Positions 18,424 through 25,193 of a stretch of DNA of 46,265 bases are shown in pieces (position 1 is the stretch's first letter; each line of letters opens with the position of its first letter). The translations under genes and the position numbers were made by a program. The DNA is from Minisyncoccota bacterium (GTDB lineage: Bacteria; Patescibacteriota; Minisyncoccia; Phycocordibacterales; UBA9973), in the NCBI GenBank assembly GCA_035353995.1, contig DAOQAL010000001.1, positions 374,104 through 420,368 on the forward strand, given 5' to 3'. The notes beneath the pieces are model-generated. The model was given only the letters and a program-made list of their open reading frames with translations. It was not told the origin of the DNA and did no database searches.

Positions 18424-18460
18424 GAAAGACCAAAACTGGTAAAACAGTTTTGGTCTTTTT
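18424..18460 (+). terminator. Intrinsic terminator after purM
   Basis: AAAGACCAAAACTG-loop-CAGTTTTGGTCTTTTT. Confidence 0.85.
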
Positions 18461-18476
18461 AATATATTTTTGGGTA

Positions 18477-19013
18477 CTACATAGGCAAGACCTCTGTAAA
18501 TACATTCTCTAATTTAGTACCATATCTTTCCCAATAAACCTTCAATCCTTCCAATAATGGATATGAATATTTTTCAGGGTTATTTTTTGTATCTTTTTTT
18601 AACCAATCTAGCTTTACCCATTTAACAAGTGATATCTCTTTTTCTTCTGGGGTAATTTTATTATCGCTAATTGCTAAATATAATGTTGCAAAAGCACTAT
18701 CTTGAGTATCTGAATGGTAAAAAGTAAATAATTCTTTTGGTTTAATATCTAACCCTACCTCTTCTTTTGTTTCTCTTTCAATACACATTGCAGTTGTTTC
18801 ATTATCAACTGTACCAGACACAGAAAAAGTATAAAGATTTGGATACCAACGCTTATTGGGTGAGCGTTTCATTATGGCTACTTCGTTCTTTGAATTAAAC
18901 AACATTAAATGGCAAGAACGATGAATGTGTTTTTCTCTATGAAAATCCTCACGAGGTCTTAACCCTATAACATTATTTTTTTCATCAACTTCTATAATAA
19001 GTTCTTTTTTCAT
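18477..19013 (-). CDS. NUDIX hydrolase (IDI type 1-like subfamily)
   Basis: VDEKNNVIG...HRSCHLMLFNS...KR...YP N-terminal pattern and RETKEEVGL Nudix box. Confidence 0.8.
   Translation of the reverse strand: MKKELIIEVDEKNNVIGLRPREDFHREKHIHRSCHLMLFNSKNEVAIMKRSPNKRWYPNLYTFSVSGTVDNETTAMCIERETKEEVGLDIKPKELFTFYHSDTQDSAFATLYLAISDNKITPEEKEISLVKWVKLDWLKKDTKNNPEKYSYPLLEGLKVYWERYGTKLENVFTEVLPM
18478..18498 (+). repeat. Palindromic repeat overlapping the NUDIX gene 3' end
   Basis: TACATAGGCAAGACCTCTGTA. Confidence 0.9.
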
Positions 19014-19014
19014 A

Positions 19015-19458
19015 TTATTTTATTTTTGATAAATTTCCGTTAATTATTTTAGGGAACATTCCATATAATTCCTCTTTATATTTTGAACTATCGTCTATTG
19101 GATTTAATACATAAATTGGTTTCTTTAGATAAAAAGCAATAGCCATCTCCATTAATACAGCACCTCCAATATATCCATCTTTACCATTTTTCTTATAATT
19201 TAAAACTAAAATGATATCTCCTTTTTCTACTTCCTTAAAATGCTTCTTTGTTAAATATGCCTTTCTCTTATAATCTTCAGGTCTTTCCATCCAAGTCTTA
19301 TATGTCTCAACTTTGAAATCACCAGTCTTTTTCATTTTATTTACTGTCAAAGGAACAATCACTTTAAAACCTAGATCTTTTAAATCATTATTTATTTTTA
19401 TTACATTTTCATAAAACGAAGCACTTGAACAAATAACTATATTTTTTTTCTTTTTCAT
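19015..19458 (-). CDS. Nucleoside 2-deoxyribosyltransferase-like protein
   Basis: GDIILVLN...GYIGGAVLMEMAIAFYLKKPIY resembles the NDT-fold G-x-x-x-E...KP segment. Confidence 0.6.
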   Translation of the reverse strand: MKKKKNIVICSSASFYENVIKINNDLKDLGFKVIVPLTVNKMKKTGDFKVETYKTWMERPEDYKRKAYLTKKHFKEVEKGDIILVLNYKKNGKDGYIGGAVLMEMAIAFYLKKPIYVLNPIDDSSKYKEELYGMFPKIINGNLSKIK

Positions 19459-19470
19459 ACTATTTATTAT

Positions 19471-19511
19471 TACAGAGGCAAGACCTCTGGGGTAAAAGAC
19501 CTCTGGGGTAA
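19471..19511 (+). repeat. Palindromic repeat with duplicated right arm
   Basis: TACAGAGGCAAGACCTCTGGGGTAAA followed by AGACCTCTGGGGTAAA. Confidence 0.9.
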
Positions 19512-19513
19512 AA

Positions 19514-20065
19514 TTAAATTATTTTTAAAAGAGCTGATAAAAGTTGAGGTAATTCGGTAAAACCTGCAGAACCATTCAAATGTTGCCCATTTGAGATAAG
19601 CATTAATTCTCCATTTAATTTCTTTGCAATTTCTTGTGCGTCAGATACAGGGACAAACGGATTATTATCACCATGAATAACGATGACTTGAGAAATTTTA
19701 TTTTTTATAAGAGACCAATTAAACTTTTCTTTTAAAAACTCATCGATCTTTTTATTATCATTTATATTGCATGGCCCTGATACAAGTATTATACCTTTTA
19801 TATTTTCGCAATTATTTTTTTCTATGTATCTTAAAATAGTTGTGCTACCTAGACTATGCCCAATAAGATAAATATCGTCATTAAGATTTATCTTTACGTG
19901 GCGATCAATTTCTTCAAGCCATTCTGATAGTATCGGTTCATCTGGTTTAGGCATAGACAAAGCGCAGGCATAAATATTATGTTTTGAAAGTTCTTCCATA
20001 AGCCAAGATCTCCAACCTCCATTTGGACTTCCTTCAAAACCATGTATTATAAATACTTTTTTCAT
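19514..20065 (-). CDS. YdeN/RBBP9-family alpha/beta hydrolase
   Basis: IIHGF, GHSLG nucleophile elbow, HGDNNPFVP, GQHLN. Confidence 0.88.
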   Translation of the reverse strand: MKKVFIIHGFEGSPNGGWRSWLMEELSKHNIYACALSMPKPDEPILSEWLEEIDRHVKINLNDDIYLIGHSLGSTTILRYIEKNNCENIKGIILVSGPCNINDNKKIDEFLKEKFNWSLIKNKISQVIVIHGDNNPFVPVSDAQEIAKKLNGELMLISNGQHLNGSAGFTELPQLLSALLKII

Positions 20066-20122
20066 ATTTTAATTATATAATAAAAAACCTATTTAAAATA
20101 GTTCTATATATTAATATTTAAC

Positions 20123-20173
20123 TACAGAGGCAAGACCTCTGTCGTGAGAGGCAAGACTATGTAGACCTATGTA
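20123..20173 (+). repeat. Palindromic repeat plus degenerate partial copies
   Basis: TACAGAGGCAAGACCTCTGT, then GAGAGGCAAGACTATGTAGACCTATGTA. Confidence 0.9.
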
Positions 20174-20280
20174 AGATATGTTACAATTCAAAAGTAGAAA
20201 TATGCAGAATATAATATGTTTTTGATTTATACTTTTAAGTATTTAATAAATTAAAAGTTTAATTTTTAAAAAATAAATAT

Positions 20281-20679
20281 ATGAGCAATTCAACTATTTG
20301 GTATTCACAATTAATTAAACCAACTTGGGCACCACCACCTTGGTTGTTTGGACCCGTTTGGATAATACTTTACATAATAATTTTAATATCTTTTGGTGCA
20401 GTTTTTTTAAAATTTTTTGAAAGAAAAATACCTCGTAAAATAGTTTTGCCATTCGTTTTTAATCTGATATTCAATTTAATTTTTAGTCCAATTCAATTTG
20501 TCTTACAAAATAATATTTTGGGAGCAATAGATATAATCTTAGTTTTTATCACTTTAATTTGGGCAATGATTGCAATTTATCCAAGAATTAAATGGGTTAC
20601 TTATGTAAATATTCCTTATTTAATTTGGGTTTCTTTTGCTATGGTTTTGCAAATTATAATAACTTTTTTAAACATATAA
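20281..20679 (+). CDS. TspO/MBR family membrane protein, N-terminally short
   Basis: WYSQLIKPTWAPPPWLFGPVW and PYLIWVSFA signatures. Confidence 0.9.
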   Translation: MSNSTIWYSQLIKPTWAPPPWLFGPVWIILYIIILISFGAVFLKFFERKIPRKIVLPFVFNLIFNLIFSPIQFVLQNNILGAIDIILVFITLIWAMIAIYPRIKWVTYVNIPYLIWVSFAMVLQIIITFLNI

Positions 20680-20690
20680 TTTTATGAAAC

Positions 20691-20724
20691 TACATAGGCA
20701 AGACCTATGTATAAGACCTCTGTA
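20691..20724 (+). repeat. Palindromic repeat with duplicated right arm
   Basis: TACATAGGCAAGACCTATGTA (perfect palindrome variant) followed by AGACCTCTGTA. Confidence 0.9.
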
Positions 20725-20736
20725 ACTTTTTTAAAA

Positions 20737-21426
20737 TTACCATTTTTTTGATTGTTTTTTTATTTCAGATGGTAGATAACTTTCATTTGCAGTACTTTTT
20801 TGCTGTGTCCTAACTACAAATATACGTCTGTTGTCGTTATCAAAATATATATCTGTAAAATTTAAACGTTCTTTGTTTATTATTTCGCTACTTATTTTTG
20901 GTCCAGTTAATACAACCGGCTCAAAACCAAGCTCTTTAGAACAAATCTCACCTAGAATTGTTATAGATTTTTTATATAAATCATCACCATCATTTCCACC
21001 GAATATCACACAATCAATGGTTTTTGGTTCACATCTTTCTTTTATGTCCTTAATACTTTCAGATATTTTTTTAAGAAAATTTTCTCTAATAACATCGGTA
21101 TTATTTGTATGATATTCAAGAAATTTACTAGGATTTCGATGAATCATAATTGAAATATTTTTGTTAGTGTTTTTCTCAATACCTGATATTATTGTTCCCG
21201 TACAATATAAAAACGATTCCTCAGACCATTTGTTATGATCATTACACTCAGATATTTTTGAAACTCCATCAGCGTTCTTCTTATAATTTTCAATCATTTC
21301 TTTAGTTTCTGCATCTAGTTCATCTTTATTGCACAAACAAGAAGTAATAGGTTTTACTCCATCCCTAAGATATTCATATTTTATAGGATTTATTTTCTCA
21401 GTTTTATTTAAACTATATTTTTCCAT
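20737..21426 (-). CDS. Hypothetical protein, possible CheD-like Cys-His deamidase fold
   Basis: FLYCTGTIISG...ISIMIH...CVIFGG pattern; TGATATAAT 6 nt before the ATG. Confidence 0.45.
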   Translation of the reverse strand: MEKYSLNKTEKINPIKYEYLRDGVKPITSCLCNKDELDAETKEMIENYKKNADGVSKISECNDHNKWSEESFLYCTGTIISGIEKNTNKNISIMIHRNPSKFLEYHTNNTDVIRENFLKKISESIKDIKERCEPKTIDCVIFGGNDGDDLYKKSITILGEICSKELGFEPVVLTGPKISSEIINKERLNFTDIYFDNDNRRIFVVRTQQKSTANESYLPSEIKKQSKKW

Positions 21427-21462
21427 TATTTAATTATATCAAATATAATAAAATTTCTTTAG

Positions 21463-21492
21463 ATAGGCAAGACCTCTGTAGAGACCTATGTA
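21463..21492 (+). repeat. Palindromic repeat with duplicated right arm
   Basis: ATAGGCAAGACCTCTGTAG followed by AGACCTATGTA. Confidence 0.88.
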
Positions 21493-21632
21493 AACAGAAA
21501 AATATGGAATGCTATGCATGCAAAGATTATGTGAGCCACAATAATTTGCTCGCCGTCGCTCGCAAATTTTCCAGCCCCGGACTCAGCTGTTTTTCTTACT
21601 AGAAAAACATGCTTCCGTCTTCACGGCGAAAG

Positions 21633-21662
21633 AAAAAAACTCCAAGCAGTTGGAGTTTTTTT
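21633..21662 (-). terminator. Terminator downstream of tRNA-Glu(CTC)
   Basis: AAAAAAACTCCAA-loop-TTGGAGTTTTTTT. Confidence 0.8.
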
Positions 21663-21669
21663 ATCGCCG

Positions 21670-21741
21670 TGACCCCACAGAGAATCGGACTCTGATTTTA
21701 TCCTTGAGAAGGATACGTCCTAGCCGTTAGACGATAGGGCC
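21670..21741 (-). tRNA. tRNA-Glu(CTC)
   Basis: Minus strand GGCCCTATCGTCTAACGGCTAGGACGTATCCTTCTCAAGGATAAAATCAGAGTCCGATTCTCTGTGGGGTCA; anticodon CTC; T loop TCCGATT. Confidence 0.92.
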
Positions 21742-21846
21742 ATAAAAAACTTTTAGCATCTATCGTCCTGAAAAATGAATGGGCGATAGGGCCATGAAAA
21801 ACTTTTGGCATCTATCGTCCTTAAAAATGAATGGGCGATAGGGCCA
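21732..21846 (-). repeat. Two tandem 52-bp tRNA-Glu leader units
   Basis: CGATAGGGCCA at 21732, 21784 and 21836; the units differ from the 3208 copy by 1-2 substitutions each. Confidence 0.92.
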
Positions 21847-21958
21847 ATATTTATTTTCCGATATAAAAAATATACCATTTTTTGTTATAAAATCAAAAAA
21901 AGCATGTGTGATAATAATCATCAACACATGCTTCATACTCCCAATTACCAACTACCAA

Positions 21959-22552
21959 CTAATGCCTTTCGTAAACTCCTACGGCTTTTGTTTTTTTCAG
22001 ATCTTCTTGGACTGAAATTGTTTTTCCTTCTACGCTTGTAGTAGCGTGCGGAACACTCCATAGACGTTCTTTTGGAATCAACTTGCCAGTAACTCGGCAT
22101 ATTCCGTAGGTTTTATTACTGATTCGGACTAACGCATTTTCCAGATGTTTTATAAACTTTTCCTGTCTGGCCGCGAATTTGCTGTTTTCTTCCTTGGAAA
22201 AGACCTGATAGCCTTCTTCCAAGACCTTGAAGGTGGGAGAAGTGTCATATGTCCCATTATTACCATCCGGCTCTGTTGATGCTTCCTTGAAAAGACTTAA
22301 ATCATTTCGTGCCTTATTAAGTTTAGCATTGATGATTACACGAAACTCTTCAAGCTCCTCGTCAGTGTATCTAGTCTTCTCTTGGGCAACAGGTGTGACA
22401 CCGATTAATGATTTTACTCCAACAATATGGTGGCCATTGGTTGGAGTTTTGGAAATAATTCTTTTATTAGCTTTGACTTCGACTCCTCCTTGAGGAACCT
22501 TTCCAGTAGCTAAGGCATGAGCCTTTCCGTTTACGGTAATTTTTTTTGCCAT
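21959..22552 (-). CDS. TraR/DksA family transcription factor
   Basis: RYTDEELEEF...DTSPTFKVLEEG...LENALVRISNKTYGICRVTGKLIPKERL..VPHAT. Confidence 0.88.
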   Translation of the reverse strand: MAKKITVNGKAHALATGKVPQGGVEVKANKRIISKTPTNGHHIVGVKSLIGVTPVAQEKTRYTDEELEEFRVIINAKLNKARNDLSLFKEASTEPDGNNGTYDTSPTFKVLEEGYQVFSKEENSKFAARQEKFIKHLENALVRISNKTYGICRVTGKLIPKERLWSVPHATTSVEGKTISVQEDLKKTKAVGVYERH

Positions 22553-22654
22553 TTTTTGTCTTTTTTTTAGAAAGTTTTTAACACTCAGAAAGTTTACGCT
22601 TGTCCTGTCAAGGATCTACGTTTAATTTATTTATACACCTTAATTTAATTAATG

Positions 22655-23704
22655 TCAATCTTCGTTTTTTGGTTTTTCTAGTTCGAGAGAAGACAGTTCT
22701 GGACTTGTGCCAGAAATACGAAGTACATCTTTATCTATTTTATGTAATTCTTTATTTGACAAGTTGTAATGGTTTACAACTGTGCTTAGAGAATTTCCAA
22801 GTTTTGTATGATATTCATCATATGATTTTAAATGTTTACCTAAGTCTCCAACTTTTTTAATTATTTCTTTTGCTGATTCTTCTATTTGCATGGCTTTTAA
22901 TCCTTGCAAGACAGTTTGCAAATATGCAAGAAATGAAGTAGGGGAAACTATTATAACTTTATGTTTACCAGCTGCTCTTTGAATTAAATTTTCTGAATTT
23001 TCATCTGAAGAACCAATTTTATTTACTAATAAATCATAATATATAGCTTCGTGTGGAATGAACATAAATGCAAAATCAGTTGTGCCTTCTTTTGGTTGTA
23101 TATATTTTGAAGTTTCTATAATTCTATTTTTTAAATCATTTATAAAAATTGTTTCCAATTTTTTCTTTTCAGATGGATTGCGTTCTTCTGAAACTCTATT
23201 ATAGTTTTCAAGAGAGAATTTAGAGTCTATTGGAATAATTTTATCTTTAACTTTTACTATTGCATCAACTATATTTCCATCAGGAAAAGCATATTGCATC
23301 TGGTAAGAGCCTGGAGGAAGAACATTTTTTAAAACTGTTTCTAGATAATATTCTCCTAAAATTCCACGCTGTTTTGGATTTTTTAAAATATCTTGCAAAT
23401 TTTGTAATTGATCTGCGAAAGAGATAACTTGCTTATTTGTTTCGTCAAGTCTTGTTAATTTCTCTGTAACATCCTGTATTATTTTATTTGACTCTGTAGA
23501 ATGAAAACGTAAACTTTCTGTCATTTGCTTATGTGACTCGCCAATTTTACTATCTACTGTTCTGGAAAGCTCATTAATTTGTTGCAAAATAAGCTGTAAA
23601 CCAGTATCACTTGTTGCGTCTTTGTTTTTCTTTTTTCCGAATAAAAAATAAACTACAACTCCTCCAATTAAAACTCCTATTATGATCCATAAAATAGTTT
23701 CCAT
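22655..23704 (-). CDS. rmuC: DNA recombination protein RmuC
   Basis: N-terminal TM, coiled coil, NPKQRGILGE, PIDSKF, DFAFMFIPHEAIY, VSPTS. Confidence 0.92.
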   Translation of the reverse strand: METILWIIIGVLIGGVVVYFLFGKKKNKDATSDTGLQLILQQINELSRTVDSKIGESHKQMTESLRFHSTESNKIIQDVTEKLTRLDETNKQVISFADQLQNLQDILKNPKQRGILGEYYLETVLKNVLPPGSYQMQYAFPDGNIVDAIVKVKDKIIPIDSKFSLENYNRVSEERNPSEKKKLETIFINDLKNRIIETSKYIQPKEGTTDFAFMFIPHEAIYYDLLVNKIGSSDENSENLIQRAAGKHKVIIVSPTSFLAYLQTVLQGLKAMQIEESAKEIIKKVGDLGKHLKSYDEYHTKLGNSLSTVVNHYNLSNKELHKIDKDVLRISGTSPELSSLELEKPKNED

Positions 23705-23838
23705 CTTTCTATTTTACCATATAAATATATTTTTTTAGTAGTATCGAAATTTGCAAAATTTGTCTATTGAAGTATTCTATAAAAGAAACAGTTTTTTTAT
23801 AAAAAGTAGGTCTAAATGGCCGAGTAAAAGTAAAAGTT

Positions 23839-23979
23839 ATGACAAAAGAACAACATGAACTTTTAAAGATTGGTGTAATACTATCTATGCTAATTGCATT
23901 AATGGTTATAATCGGCATTTTAAACTATGTATTTTCCTACAGAAGTAGAAAGTACCCCAAAGTCTCATCTAAAAAATGA
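23839..23979 (+). CDS. Small single-pass membrane protein (46 aa, below the ORF-track cutoff)
   Basis: MTKEQHELLKIGVILSMLIALMVIIGILNYVFSYRSRKYPKVSSKK; fills the rmuC-exonuclease gap. Confidence 0.55.
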   Translation: MTKEQHELLKIGVILSMLIALMVIIGILNYVFSYRSRKYPKVSSKK

Positions 23980-23988
23980 TGGGACTTT

Positions 23989-24705
23989 TTATTTTCCCAA
24001 ATGATGTTTCAAGGTATAAATCCAGTCTTCGTCAACCTGATCACTTTCAAGTTTTTGATTTAGTAACCATTCCAAATAACTTCTGTCTATGCGTGCAATT
24101 TCTTCTATTTCTTTTCCATTATGTTTTCCAAAATTAATATATTTTAAAAGGGAAGGGTGTAATGAAACTTCTATCATTTTTTCTACAACTTCTTCTTCAT
24201 TAAGATTATATTCTTCCATCATTTTTTTTCTGAGTCTTTCATATAATTTTTCCAAAACTAAAACATCTCCTAATGCATCATGAGCAGTAGCTTCAACATC
24301 AAGTTCAAGTAAATATCGCAAATATTGCAAATTATATCTATCAATTTTTCCTTCAGGATCTAAATATCGTGCAAGTCTTAATGTGCAAATAAAATTTTTA
24401 GGCTTTATTCCTTCTTTTTTAATAATCATTAAATCGAATTGCACATTGTGAGCAACTACTATTGAATTTTCATCCTCAAAAAGTTTTTTAATTTTTTCTT
24501 CGTCTCCGCTTTCTTTAAAAGAAAATTCTTTCTCAACCATTTTATTTGTTATATGATGCACTGCTGATGCTTCTGGTGGAATTTTTATAGGAGGTTTATA
24601 AAAACCAACAAAACTTTCATCGCCAGTTTTATAAGCAATCTGGCATAAGTAGTCTTTTTCTGTATTGCCAGTTGTTTCTGTGTCAAAAAATATAATTTTT
24701 TTCAT
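23989..24705 (-). CDS. DEDDh 3'-5' exonuclease (DnaQ/ExoX-like) with C-terminal FGKH domain
   Basis: FFDTETTG, VAHNVQFD, AHDALGD; C-terminal FGKHNGK...YLEWL. Confidence 0.88.
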   Translation of the reverse strand: MKKIIFFDTETTGNTEKDYLCQIAYKTGDESFVGFYKPPIKIPPEASAVHHITNKMVEKEFSFKESGDEEKIKKLFEDENSIVVAHNVQFDLMIIKKEGIKPKNFICTLRLARYLDPEGKIDRYNLQYLRYLLELDVEATAHDALGDVLVLEKLYERLRKKMMEEYNLNEEEVVEKMIEVSLHPSLLKYINFGKHNGKEIEEIARIDRSYLEWLLNQKLESDQVDEDWIYTLKHHLGK

Positions 24706-24725
24706 CTTTCTATTTTACCATATTT

Positions 24726-24734
24726 TGCTATAAT
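24726..24734 (+). promoter_or_regulatory. Extended -10 promoter (example of the leaderless-type promoters)
   Basis: TGCTATAAT 6 nt before ATG 24741. Confidence 0.7.
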
Positions 24735-24740
24735 AAAAGT

Positions 24741-25190
24741 ATGTTACATGAACAAATAAAAAATAAAATAAAAGAAGCAATGATGGCAAAAGATTCTATA
24801 AGCCTTGAGACATATCGCGGAATGGTTTCTGCTTTTACAAATGAGCTTGTTTCAAAGGGTAAAAAACCCAATGAAATGCTTTCTGACGAAGAAGCATTAG
24901 TCGTTATAACTAGACTTTCTAAACAAAGAAAAGATTCAATAGAGCAATTTAAAAAGGGGAATAGGGATGATTTAGTACAAAAAGAAGAGTCAGAACTTAA
25001 AATACTGGAAACATATTTGCCAAAAATGATGGAGAAAGGCGAAGTAGAAAAAATTGCAAAAGATAAAAAAGAAGAGCTTGGTATTTCTGATGCAAAAGAA
25101 AAAGGGAAATTGATGCAAGCTTTAATGAAGGAGCTAAAAGGTAAGGCTGATGGATCGACAGTTAAGGAAGCAGTGGATGCTTTGTTTTAA
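24741..25190 (+). CDS. GatB/YqeY domain protein
   Basis: KQRKDSIEQFKKGNRDDL..KE..E...LETYLPK, GKADG. Confidence 0.92.
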   Translation: MLHEQIKNKIKEAMMAKDSISLETYRGMVSAFTNELVSKGKKPNEMLSDEEALVVITRLSKQRKDSIEQFKKGNRDDLVQKEESELKILETYLPKMMEKGEVEKIAKDKKEELGISDAKEKGKLMQALMKELKGKADGSTVKEAVDALF

Positions 25191-25193
25191 TAT

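Noticed and set aside
17300-19458. Modified-base (dZ-type) biosynthesis cluster from purM + NUDIX + NDT-like
   Set aside because: The dZ pathway uses PurZ (a PurA homologue), not PurM; the genes are convergent and separated by a terminator and a repeat.
17115-21492. CRISPR array or classical integron
   Set aside because: Spacing is gene-sized and irregular, and there are no cas genes. There is no GTTRRRY/RYYYAAC attC core and no IntI, so it is reported only as integron-like.
23709-23918. Minus-strand 69-aa ORF from the track
   Set aside because: It overlaps the rmuC promoter and the more plausible plus-strand membrane ORF 23839..23979.
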